Below are positions 29,695 to 38,961 of a DNA stretch of 64,000 bases, piece by piece; position 1 is the first letter of the stretch, and every line of letters begins with the position of its first letter. Source of the DNA: Kofleriaceae bacterium (GTDB lineage Bacteria; Myxococcota_A; Polyangia; Haliangiales; Haliangiaceae); assembly GCA_035489015.1 (NCBI GenBank), contig DATHKR010000235.1:17029-81028 (forward strand), read 5' to 3'. The translations under genes were made by a program, and so were the position numbers. Below the pieces are notes generated by a model, which did no database searches, was not told the DNA's origin, and saw nothing but the letters and a program-made list of their open reading frames with translations.

Positions 29695-30195
29695 ATGGTC
29701 CGCATCGCGCTCGCGCTGTCCCCGGCGCTGTGGTCGCTGCTCGCGCTCGGCGCCGGCGCCGGATGCAGCGAGGCCGAGGTGGCGCCATCGGCCACCATCG
29801 TCGAGATCGCGCCCGACTCGCTCGCCCCGGCCGAGGACGACGCCGACGACCTGACCATCCGGGTGGCCTACACCGACGGCGACGCCGACCTGGGCGGCGG
29901 CGTGGCCGCGGTCCACGACTGCCGGGCCGAGGGCCTGGTGATCGAGCTGGCCATCCCGCCGATCGCGTCCGAGCAGGCGATCGACGACGGCGTGCCGATC
30001 GAGGGCGAGATCGAGCTCATCGTGAACGACGTCGGCTGGGTCGACGCCGACGGCTCGGCGCCCGAGGTCTGCGCCGACCTGGGCGCGCCGGATCCGGTCG
30101 ACGGCGAGGCGGTGTTCTGCGTGGTCCTGACCGACGCGGCCGGCCACGACGGCGACGGAGACTGCTCCGGCGCGGTGGCGATCGCGGATCCATAG
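29695..30195 (+). CDS. Small acidic lipoprotein
   Basis: 3' part of track ORF 28810..30195. ATG 29695, 2 nt after the upstream stop. Lipobox GAGC. Asp/Glu-rich and beta-rich. Confidence 0.6.
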   Translation: MVRIALALSPALWSLLALGAGAGCSEAEVAPSATIVEIAPDSLAPAEDDADDLTIRVAYTDGDADLGGGVAAVHDCRAEGLVIELAIPPIASEQAIDDGVPIEGEIELIVNDVGWVDADGSAPEVCADLGAPDPVDGEAVFCVVLTDAAGHDGDGDCSGAVAIADP

Positions 30196-30226
30196 GGCGG
30201 CGGGCCCTGGGCCCTCGATCGACGCG

Positions 30227-30778
30227 GTGGACCGGTCGGGGGCCGGCGAAGTGTGGCTTTCGGCGCCGGCCGCGGCGCGTCACTCTTTGCGGGTGGAGTG
30301 GATCCGCGGCGACGTCGTCATCAGCACCGACCTGGAGCGTATCGATCTCGAAGTGGTGCACCGCTTCCTGTCGGAGGATTCGTACTGGGCGCGCGGGGTG
30401 GCGCGCGAGCGGCTGGAGCGGGCGCTTCGCCACTCGCTCTGCTTCGGCGTCTACCGGGGCGAGCGGCAGATCGGGTTCGGCCGGGTGATCACCGATCGGG
30501 CCACGTTCGCGTACCTGGCCGACGTGTTCCTGCTCGAGGGCGAGCGCGGGCGCGGGCTGGGCCGCTGGCTCATCGAGGTGATCCGCGCCCACCCGGAGCT
30601 GGCCGGGCTGCGCCGCTGGATGCTCGCCACGCGCGACGCCCACCCCTTCTACGAGCAGCTGGGGTGGCGGGTGCCGGAGCGGGCCGACCTGTTCATGGAG
30701 ATCGTGCGGCCGAGCGCGGCCGAGCCCGACGCCGTGGACGCCGCGCCGCCTCAGCCGCGGGTCTTGCCGGCGAAGTAG
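30227..30778 (+). CDS. GNAT-family N-acetyltransferase
   Basis: Track ORF 30227..30778. Sequence QIGFGRVITD...LLEGERGRGLGRWLIE (acetyl-CoA loop). An alternative GTG start is at 30293. The 3' end overlaps the convergent gene by 28 nt. Confidence 0.8.
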   Translation: MDRSGAGEVWLSAPAAARHSLRVEWIRGDVVISTDLERIDLEVVHRFLSEDSYWARGVARERLERALRHSLCFGVYRGERQIGFGRVITDRATFAYLADVFLLEGERGRGLGRWLIEVIRAHPELAGLRRWMLATRDAHPFYEQLGWRVPERADLFMEIVRPSAAEPDAVDAAPPQPRVLPAK

Positions 30779-31892
30779 GCCGGATCGACCTCGAGGCGCT
30801 CCGGCAGGCGATCGCGGCGCTCGTGGGCCTCGGCGCGCCGCACGCTGTAGCGGCACGGCGCGTCGGCCGGGATCGACAGATCGGCGGGCAGGTACAGGGT
30901 CGCGCAGGCCGGGCCTCCGCCGGCCTTGCCGAACAGCTCGTAGAGCGGCACCGGATGGACCTCGAGGCCCATGCCGGCCAGCGTGTCGGTGTACGCCGCG
31001 CTCACCCCGTCCGGCACCAGCACGCCGCCGCCGACCTGGCGCGAGTTGCCGGCGTAGGCTTCGACCGCGTCGTCGCGCCCGATGGTGATGACCCGGTCGG
31101 CCCCGAGCTCCTGGGCGATGTGCGCCGCGCCGTCGCCCCACACGCCGCCGGGGTAGTGCATGAGGACCGGCGGCCGGCCGCCCGGGCGGGCGCCGAAGTG
31201 CACCGTGTCGCCGTGGAAGTGGGGATAGACCAGCTCGGCGTAGATCCGCGCCGACTCCGGCACGCCGGCGGTGTCGGCGGCGAAGCTGACGCCCTCGCGC
31301 GAGGAGCGCGGGGTCTTGGCCGCCATCCCGGCGTCGTAGTGGCCCGGCACCGCGTAGGTCAGGACCACGCGATCGCCGACCACGGCCACGTCGGCCATGC
31401 CCTCCCAGCGGTCGGGCGTGTCGCGCAGGTCGAGGTCGTAGCCGCCCAGCTCGGCGATGCGCCCGAACAGATCGCGGTAATAGGCCGCCTCGGTGCGCCG
31501 GTGGGGCAGCATGTTCGGCATCGCCCCGCGCAGGGTGCGCCCGGCCACCACCACCCACGGACCGTTGGCGGTGAAGACGCGCCCGGTGTGAATCTCGTCC
31601 ATCCGCCCGAGCACCGCGGACGAGCCGACCGGGCGGATCGCGCCGTCCGCCTCGACCCGCAGATCGCCGCGGTCGAGCAGCGGCTCGTCGACCGGCTCGA
31701 ACTCGAACAGCGCGTCGCCGCCGCAGGCCAGGATCCCCTCGCAGATCGACAGCCACTCGTCGTACGCGCGGCGCGGCGAGTACTCGAGGTGGGTGACCTC
31801 GCTCTTGTAGTTAGCGCCGGCCTTGTTGACCGTGGCCGGCACCGGCGGCCGGACCACGAGCAGGGTGCCGTACACGCGCGACAGCGGGCTGG

Positions 31893-31896
<4 letters not shown>
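30751..31896 (-). CDS. Amidinotransferase / guanidino-group-modifying-enzyme superfamily protein
   Basis: 3' part of track ORF 30751..32730. ATG 31896 overlaps the hemH stop as ATGA. The C-terminal KAGGGPACATLYLP fits the catalytic-Cys motif of the DDAH / arginine-deiminase fold. Confidence 0.72.
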
Positions 31897-33023
<1,127 letters not shown>

Positions 33024-33111
33024 CGCTGCCGGCTGATCGTCGTTCGGGGAAACCGGGTTCTCGCCGGCGGGGCACGGGGCCTGCACGACCTCCGATCCAG
33101 GAGGTGAGTCC

Positions 33112-33669
33112 ATGGCAAGGATCGCAGTGCTGGTCGGACCCGAATTCGAGGACTCGGAGCTGACCGTTCCGGTCGCGCGCCTGACCGACGCGGGCCACGA
33201 GGTGGAGCTGCTCGGCGTCGAGGCCGGGCGCGAGCTCATCGGCAAGCAGAGGAAGACGAAGGTCCAGGTGAACGCGGCGGTCTCGGATCGTCGACCGGAG
33301 GACTACGATGCGCTCGTCATCCCGGGCGGCAACTCGCCCGAACACCTGCGCACCGACGAGGGCGTCGTCGATTTCGTGAGGGCGTTCGGCTCGATCGGGC
33401 GGCCGATCGCCGCCATCTGCCACGGGCCGCAGCTCCTCATCGAGGCGGATCTGGTGCGCGGCCGGCGCATGACGTCGTGGCCGTCGGTGCGAACCGAGTT
33501 GCGCAACGCCGGGGCGGAGGTCGTGGACGAGGAGGTGGTGCAGGACGGCGCGTTCATCACGTCGCGCATGCCGGCCGACCTCGAGGCCTTCTCGCGCGGC
33601 CTGCTCGATCGCCTGGAACACCGCGAGGGCCGCTCGATCGGCCAGGCGGTGCAGAGCCGGCCCAGCTAG
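33112..33669 (+). CDS. DJ-1/PfpI-family protein (class I glutamine amidotransferase-like)
   Basis: Track ORF 33112..33669. AGGAGG lies 8 nt upstream. Nucleophile elbow [10 protein letters not shown]. Also YDALVIPGG. Confidence 0.9.
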   Translation: MARIAVLVGPEFEDSELTVPVARLTDAGHEVELLGVEAGRELIGKQRKTKVQVNAAVSDRRPEDYDALVIPGGNSPEHLRTDEGVVDFVRAFGSIGRPIAAICHGPQLLIEADLVRGRRMTSWPSVRTELRNAGAEVVDEEVVQDGAFITSRMPADLEAFSRGLLDRLEHREGRSIGQAVQSRPS

Positions 33670-33699
33670 CGGCCGGCCAGTCGGCCGGTTCGAGGCGCG

Positions 33700-33725
33700 C
33701 TCGCCGTGCGGATCCGCGCGGCGAG
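33700..33725. terminator. GC-rich near-perfect palindrome between convergent genes (candidate bidirectional terminator)
   Basis: CTCGCCG-T-GCGGATCCGC-G-CGGCGAG: 7 + 5 bp of pairing centred on GGATCC. It lies between the DJ-1 stop (33669) and the LysR stop (33748). No U-tract. Confidence 0.3.
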
Positions 33726-33747
33726 CCGCCCACCGCGCTGGACGGCC

Positions 33748-34629
33748 TCAGGAGTCCGGGTCGCTGCCGGCGCGGAGCAGTGCAGGGCAGTGCTCGTGCA
33801 GCTCGGCGATCGCGGCCCGCTGGAGCGCGGTGTAGAACGGCTGCTTGTGGTAGTGGAGCAGGACCGGCACGAACATGCTGCGATAGCCGGTGACCACCCG
33901 GATGCGCGGATCGCGCGCGATGAGGTGGCGCGAGACCAGGGCGCGTCCGAGGCCCAGCCCCACGCCGTCGATGATGGCGTAGGTCTCGTCCATGAAGCTG
34001 CGCCGGTACTCGGGCGCGCTGCCGGACTGCAGGTTGAAGAACTTGGCTGTGGTCGGATCGTCCGGGTCGTGGTCGAGGTAGACGCCGTCGGGCGCCTCGT
34101 GATCGGCGCTCTCCGCCATCACGCACTCCTCCTGGCCCAGCTGGACGGTCTCGACGTCGGCGCGGTGGAGCTGGTTGTCGGTGACGATGAAGTCGACGTT
34201 GCCGGTCAGCAGCAGGTCGGGCAGGTCGCGCAGCTCGGCGCTCTGGAAGTGGACCTGGACGTGCGGGTTGGCCCGCAGGATCGAGCTCAGCGCCGGCATC
34301 AGGACCGAGCGCACGATCGACGAGTAGCCGCCGATGCGGACCACCCCGCCCAGGCCCTGCACGGTGGTCTTGCCGGTCAGCTGCTCGAGCAGCTCCTGCT
34401 CCATGGAGAAGCGGGCCTGGCAGTAGCGGAGCAGGCGGTTGCCGGCCTCGGTCAGCTGCACGCCGCGCGGCAGGCGGACGAACACGGTCAGGTCGAGCTC
34501 CTCCTCCAGGCCCTTGATGCGCTGGCTCAGCGCCGACTGGGTGATGTGGAGCTCGCGCGCCGCCAGCGAGAAGTTGAGGCAGCGGGCGGCGGCGAAGAAC
34601 GCGTCGAGGTAGAGCGACGACAGACCCAT
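33748..34629 (-). CDS. LysR-family transcriptional regulator
   Basis: Track ORF 33748..34629. N-terminal wHTH FFAAARCLNFSLAARELHITQSALSQRIKGLEEEL. Confidence 0.9.
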   Translation of the reverse strand: MGLSSLYLDAFFAAARCLNFSLAARELHITQSALSQRIKGLEEELDLTVFVRLPRGVQLTEAGNRLLRYCQARFSMEQELLEQLTGKTTVQGLGGVVRIGGYSSIVRSVLMPALSSILRANPHVQVHFQSAELRDLPDLLLTGNVDFIVTDNQLHRADVETVQLGQEECVMAESADHEAPDGVYLDHDPDDPTTAKFFNLQSGSAPEYRRSFMDETYAIIDGVGLGLGRALVSRHLIARDPRIRVVTGYRSMFVPVLLHYHKQPFYTALQRAAIAELHEHCPALLRAGSDPDS

Positions 34630-34635
34630 CGCGAA

Positions 34636-34656
34636 TGTCCATCCTACTCCAGGACA
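34636..34656. promoter_or_regulatory. Interrupted palindrome TGTCC-N11-GGACA (LTTR-box-like) in the lysR/arfB divergent spacer
   Basis: Read directly: tgtcc atcctactcca ggaca. It sits 7 nt from the lysR ATG and 18 nt from the arfB ATG. The geometry fits the T-N11-A type of LysR site. Confidence 0.35.
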
Positions 34657-34673
34657 GGCGCTATGCTCCCCGG

Positions 34674-35102
34674 ATGGGCGACCTCCGCATTACCCATGCG
34701 CTTGGCATCCCCGATGCGGAGCTGTCGGAGTCGTTCTCGCGCTCGACCGGGCCGGGCGGGCAGAACGTCAACAAGGTGGAGAGCAAGGTCGAGCTGCGCT
34801 GGAACCCGGCCACCAGCGCGGTCCTCGGCGATCGGGATCGCGCGTATCTGCTCGAGCGCCTGGCCCGGAGCTTGACCGCGAGCGGGGATCTGATCGTCCG
34901 CTCGTCGCGCACCCGCGATCAGGTGCGCAACCGGGCCGACGCGCGCGAGCGGCTGGCCGAGATCGTGCGCGCCGCGCTCCACCGTCCGCGCCGGCGAGTG
35001 GCGACCCGCCCGTCGCGCGGCTCGGTCGAGCGGCGCATCGCGGGCAAGAAGCGGCGGGCCGGGGTGAAGCGGGTGCGCGCGAACCGACCGGGCGACGATT
35101 GA
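34674..35102 (+). CDS. arfB: Ribosome-rescue peptidyl-tRNA hydrolase ArfB (YaeJ)
   Basis: 3' part of track ORF 34635..35102. ATG 34674 (MGDLRITHALGIPDAELSESFSRSTGPGGQNVNKV) aligns with the E. coli ArfB N-terminus. GGQ motif and a basic C-tail. Confidence 0.9.
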   Translation: MGDLRITHALGIPDAELSESFSRSTGPGGQNVNKVESKVELRWNPATSAVLGDRDRAYLLERLARSLTASGDLIVRSSRTRDQVRNRADARERLAEIVRAALHRPRRRVATRPSRGSVERRIAGKKRRAGVKRVRANRPGDD

Positions 35103-35119
35103 CCCGGCCGCGCTGACGG

Positions 35120-36043
35120 TCAGTCGAGCGCCGCCGCGACCCTCGCGATCGCGTCGGCGATCGGCTCCGGCACTTCCTCCTGCAGGAAGTGGCCGGCGTC
35201 GGTGCGGGTGACCTCGGCCCGGGGGAGGAGCCGCGCGATCCAGCTGCGAACCCGGCCGAGCACCGGGTCGCGGTCGCCCCACACGATCGCCGCGGGGCCG
35301 GCGAAGCTCTCGGTCAGCGCCTGCACCCGGCGGAGCGGCTCGATCGACGGGTGCTCGAAGGAGTCGGGGACCATCCGCGCCATCGCCAGCGGCGCCACCC
35401 GGTCGCGCAGGCGGCGCAGCGGGTAGCGATACGCGCGGGCCACGTCGCCGCGGATGCTCGACCGGTCACCCTGGGCCCAGGCGAGCGCGTTCTGCGGGAA
35501 GCCGAGCACCCGAAAGGCGAGGTCGCTGGCGACCGGCATCCGGGCGAACCGGTGGAACGTGGTCGGCCGGAAGTCGGGCGGCGGCGGGCTCAGCACCGTG
35601 TTGAGCGCGACCAGCCCGGCCAGCTCGGCCGGGCGATCGACCATGGCGCGCATGCCGATCGCGCCGCCCCAGTCCTGCACCACCAGCACCAGCGGCCCGG
35701 GCCGGAGCTGGTCGAGCAGCGCGCCGAGCCAGCCGGCGTGGCGCTCGATCGTGTGGACCGACGGGTCGCGCGGCTTGTCGGACAGCCCGAGCCCGATGAG
35801 GTCCGGGACGATCAGGCGCAGCCGCGGCCGGCCCTCGCGCTGGCGCAGCGCCGCCACCACCTTGCGGTAGAGGAAGCTCCAGGTCGGGTTGCCGTGCACC
35901 ATGAGGACCGGCCGCCCCTCGCCGATCTCGGTCACGCACATGCGCAGGCCGCCGCCGACCTCGACCATGCGCCGCACCGCGCCGGCCGGCATCATCGCGT
36001 CCAGCCAGCCGGGCAGGGCGGGCGCCGCCTCCACCGCGCTCAC
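35120..36043 (-). CDS. Haloalkane-dehalogenase-like alpha/beta hydrolase
   Basis: 3' part of track ORF 35120..36442. GTG 36043 overlaps the upstream stop as GTGA (alternative ATG at 35995). Motifs HGNPTWSFLYRKV, VVQDWGGAIG (Asp nucleophile elbow), DAGHFLQEE. Confidence 0.8.
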   Translation of the reverse strand: MSAVEAAPALPGWLDAMMPAGAVRRMVEVGGGLRMCVTEIGEGRPVLMVHGNPTWSFLYRKVVAALRQREGRPRLRLIVPDLIGLGLSDKPRDPSVHTIERHAGWLGALLDQLRPGPLVLVVQDWGGAIGMRAMVDRPAELAGLVALNTVLSPPPPDFRPTTFHRFARMPVASDLAFRVLGFPQNALAWAQGDRSSIRGDVARAYRYPLRRLRDRVAPLAMARMVPDSFEHPSIEPLRRVQALTESFAGPAAIVWGDRDPVLGRVRSWIARLLPRAEVTRTDAGHFLQEEVPEPIADAIARVAAALD

Positions 36044-36489
36044 CGGCCGTAGTCGATGAACGCGCCGTCGATCGGCGCGGCCTGATGGCAGCGGTCCCAG
36101 CAGCTGGCCCGGTTCTCCTCGTCGGAGTCGATGCCGTCGGCCAGGTAGGTGAACAGCCAGCCGCCCTGCAGCTGGCCGCCGTCGGGCGGGCTGGCCAGCT
36201 TGCGCATCACCGCCACGTAGCGCAGCCCGCCGGGCTGGTCGCCGTCGCGGTCGTGGATCTCCTTGACGATGACCGTGCCCTCGCCGTACCGGCCGCTGCC
36301 CGCGAACTCGGTGCCGGTCTCGTTCACGTGGATGATCCGGTAGGTGTCGCCGTGGCCCGAGACTCGCCCGGTGGCGTCGACCCGGTACCACTCCGCGTAG
36401 TCGGGCGGCACCGGCTCCGGCTCGACCACCGGTACGCCGCACCCCGCCGCCAGCCCGAGCGTCGACAGCAGCCGGGCTGCGCGGATCAC
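36040..36489 (-). CDS. Cytochrome-P460-like lipoprotein (CX3CH instead of CXXCH)
   Basis: 3' part of track ORF 36040..37860. GTG 36489 overlaps the upstream stop as GTGA. Lipobox LAAGC. Sequence GTVIVKEIH...YVAVMRKL...GGWLFTYL...SCWDRCHQAAPIDGAFIDY. Confidence 0.55.
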   Translation of the reverse strand: MIRAARLLSTLGLAAGCGVPVVEPEPVPPDYAEWYRVDATGRVSGHGDTYRIIHVNETGTEFAGSGRYGEGTVIVKEIHDRDGDQPGGLRYVAVMRKLASPPDGGQLQGGWLFTYLADGIDSDEENRASCWDRCHQAAPIDGAFIDYGR

Positions 36490-37157
36490 GGCACGTCGAC
36501 CGAGCCCAGCTCCACCGTCACCTCGGCGCTGCCGTCCTCGATCTCGGCGGTCAGGCTGTAGGGCCCGGACGGCACGCCTTCCGCGTCCCAGACGATCTGC
36601 GAGACGCCGCTGAACAGGTCGAAGGTCACGACCACCAGATCGCCGTCGCCGTCCGGATCGGCGACCAGCCGCCCGGTCACCAGGTCGAAGTCCGGATCGT
36701 CGATCCGGTAGTCGGCGACCAGGAGATCGCCGTCCTGCTCGAAGTCGCTGATGATCTCCATGGTCGGCGCCCGGTTGCCCTCGCGCGGCTCGCCCTTCGG
36801 CGCGCCCGCGTCGGCCCAGTCCGCGATGATGTCCTGCTGGCGCGGCAGGAGCGGAAAGTCCAGCGGCATCTCCTCCGCCTGGACCCGCGTCGCCATGATC
36901 ATCGCCTCGCTGCCGGTCCCGTACATGTCGGCGCTTCCGTTGCCGTCGCGATCCTCGTCGTCGTACTTGTCGAAGCGGACGTTGTCGGGCGCGCCCTCGA
37001 GCGGGGGCGGGGTGTGGCAGCGAGTGCAGTTGGCGGTCACGATCGGCCGGACGTCCTCGGTCCAGGTGGGCTCGTCGGGAACGCTGGGGGCGCAGGCGCC
37101 GAAAAGGGCCGCCGCCGCGACCGCCGCGGTGAAGGTGGCGATGTGCCGCATGCTCAT
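36486..37157 (-). CDS. Lipoprotein: PSCyt-like domain with canonical CXXCH plus acidic beta-rich domain
   Basis: Track ORF 36486..37157. Lipobox LFGAC. Sequence VRPIVTANCTRCHTPP...EEMPLDFPLLPRQQDIIADWADAGAP. The second ATG (37151) has better SD spacing to AGGAG. Confidence 0.72.
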   Translation of the reverse strand: MSMRHIATFTAAVAAAALFGACAPSVPDEPTWTEDVRPIVTANCTRCHTPPPLEGAPDNVRFDKYDDEDRDGNGSADMYGTGSEAMIMATRVQAEEMPLDFPLLPRQQDIIADWADAGAPKGEPREGNRAPTMEIISDFEQDGDLLVADYRIDDPDFDLVTGRLVADPDGDGDLVVVTFDLFSGVSQIVWDAEGVPSGPYSLTAEIEDGSAEVTVELGSVDVP

Positions 37158-37181
37158 CTCCTGTGGTCCTCGCCTGTCCGT

Positions 37182-38324
37182 CTACAGATAGTAGTGGAGC
37201 TGGAACATGCCGAGGCTGGTCGGGTCGCCGTACTCGCCACCCTGGGCCTCCAGCTTGCCGATGAGCATGAGCTCCCAGTGGGCCAGCGGAAACCACTGGA
37301 GCGTGAGGGACCCGGCGTCGCGGGCCAGGTCGGCCACGCTCATGTCCTCGTCGAACCGCTCGAGGTTGGCGCCGAGCATGATGCCGGTCTTCGGCCAGTA
37401 GCTGACCCCGAGGTAACCGGCCAGCTGCGGGCGGGTGTCGCCGACGTCGTCGAACTGCTGCAGCTGCACGTCGACCTCGCCCATCACCAGCGTGCGGGCG
37501 CCTTCGAAGTAGTACTTGCCGATGCCGCCGGCCAGATACCTGCGATCGACGTCGGCAAAGGCCGCCCGCACCTGGGCGCCGACCGCCGCCTTGTCGTCGG
37601 CCAGCCGCTTCTCCCAGTAGACGACGCCGCCCGACGCGCGCGACCCGTTGCCCATGAGGTCGTATGGCACCGGGGTGAACGCGGTCACGTGCAGCTCCGA
37701 CTCGTCGGTCATGTTGCCGACCGAGAGGTTGTAGGTCTCCTCCCACGAGTGGAGGCCGAGGTAGCGGCGCACGTACGAGGTGTGGTCCTGCGAGCGCAGG
37801 CCCATCGGGGTCAGGAAGCGCCCGGCCCGCGCGTACCAGCCGGTGGTCTTCGGCCGCCACATCAGCCAGTACTCGTCGGAGCCGAACCGGTCGAGCACGT
37901 TGTCGCGCGGGGTGCGGACCTGCGCGCGCGGCCCGCCGACCGCGTACAGCGAGAACGCCCCGCCCTTCAGGTAGACGTAGGTGTCGCCCTGCATGGGGAA
38001 GGCGTAGTACTCGGGGTCGTCGGTCTGCTGCTTGGCCAGGACCGCGCCGCGCAGATCGACGCCGAACTTGATCCAGGTCGGCTCCTCGTACGCGCCGTAC
38101 AGGAACGCGCCGTTGCCGCCGAACTGGCTGATGGTGTCACCCGACTCGCTGCGGCCGTACTCGTTGAGGAGGCCGCCGCCGGCCGGCGCGATGTGGCACA
38201 GGCTGCAGCGCGAGTTGGCGGTGGACAGCTGGAACTGGGGATAGGCCTCGGCCGCGCCGTGGGCCAGGCCGAGGCCCAGCGCCAGCGCGGCGGCGATGCC
38301 GATTCGGCGAGCGATCAGTTGCAC
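37182..38324 (-). CDS. Putative outer-membrane beta-barrel protein with N-terminal CXXCH motif
   Basis: 3' part of track ORF 37182..38507. GTG 38324 gives a signal peptide (VQLIARRIGIAAALALGLGLAHGAAEA). Sequence YPQFQLSTANSRCSLCHIAPAGGGLLNEYG. Alternating Tyr/Trp/Gly-rich strands; ends MFQLHYYL. Confidence 0.62.
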   Translation of the reverse strand: MQLIARRIGIAAALALGLGLAHGAAEAYPQFQLSTANSRCSLCHIAPAGGGLLNEYGRSESGDTISQFGGNGAFLYGAYEEPTWIKFGVDLRGAVLAKQQTDDPEYYAFPMQGDTYVYLKGGAFSLYAVGGPRAQVRTPRDNVLDRFGSDEYWLMWRPKTTGWYARAGRFLTPMGLRSQDHTSYVRRYLGLHSWEETYNLSVGNMTDESELHVTAFTPVPYDLMGNGSRASGGVVYWEKRLADDKAAVGAQVRAAFADVDRRYLAGGIGKYYFEGARTLVMGEVDVQLQQFDDVGDTRPQLAGYLGVSYWPKTGIMLGANLERFDEDMSVADLARDAGSLTLQWFPLAHWELMLIGKLEAQGGEYGDPTSLGMFQLHYYL

Positions 38325-38743
38325 TGGGCACCCTCCAGGATCCAGCGCTCGACGAGATCGATGTCGCCGTCCGGCAGCGGCCGGTCGGGCGGCATCTGCC
38401 GCGGCACCTCCTCGCCGATGAGCAGGTACATGAGCGCGGAGCGCTCCGGCTGGCCGGGCGAGACGAAGTTGCGCAGCGCCTGACCGGGCGGATTGTTCGA
38501 CTCGCAAGCCTTGCCTACCAGGATGGTGTAGGCCGACTCGATCGAGTGGAGGTCCACCCCCGCCTCGGCGTTGTCCTCGGTGTGGCAGCTCGAGGTGGCG
38601 CAGCTCGGGGCGATGATGGCGGTGTGGATGTAGGACCAGGACGCGGGACGATCGTCCTCACCACAGGCTCCGAGCCACAAGAAGGCAGCTCCGGCCAGTG
38701 TGAGGGCGCCGATCGCGCGCGCGAGGGCGTGGCGACGCTCCAT
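38315..38743 (-). CDS. Small lipoprotein: PSCyt-like domain (CX4CH)
   Basis: Track ORF 38315..38743. Lipobox WLGAC. Sequence IHTAIIAPSCATSSCHTED...VSPGQPERSALMYLL...MPPDRPLPDGDIDLVERWILEGA. Confidence 0.68.
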   Translation of the reverse strand: MERRHALARAIGALTLAGAAFLWLGACGEDDRPASWSYIHTAIIAPSCATSSCHTEDNAEAGVDLHSIESAYTILVGKACESNNPPGQALRNFVSPGQPERSALMYLLIGEEVPRQMPPDRPLPDGDIDLVERWILEGAQCN

Positions 38744-38961
38744 AGGTTGGCGTCATCTCACGGACCTCAACCGGGTTCAAGTTTCCGGGCCGGCAGCATT
38801 CGGTTCATCACCACCACCCATGGGGACGAACTGGCCAGCCCCGGCGCCAGAGGCGGGGACAACCGGCCTGGCCGGCGCTCTCCAAGCGAGCGAGATCGCT
38901 TGCCGGGCGTCGCGGCGCAGGCTGGTACGCTCATTGTATTGGGTAGGACACCGGAACACCC

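Noticed and set aside
33111-33114. CCATGG, where a minus-strand ATG (hemH frame) and the plus-strand DJ-1 ATG overlap, implying divergent genes with overlapping start codons.
   Set aside because: The 30 residues this would add to HemH are non-conserved, and the DNA encodes the AGGAGG RBS of the DJ-1 gene. GTG 33023 gives a typical ferrochelatase N-terminus and leaves an 88-nt promoter region.
38771-38790. A GGTTCAAG string resembling a tRNA T-arm in the 218-nt divergent spacer.
   Set aside because: No acceptor stem, anticodon arm or matching TPsiC stem could be drawn around it. No tRNA-sized cloverleaf is present.
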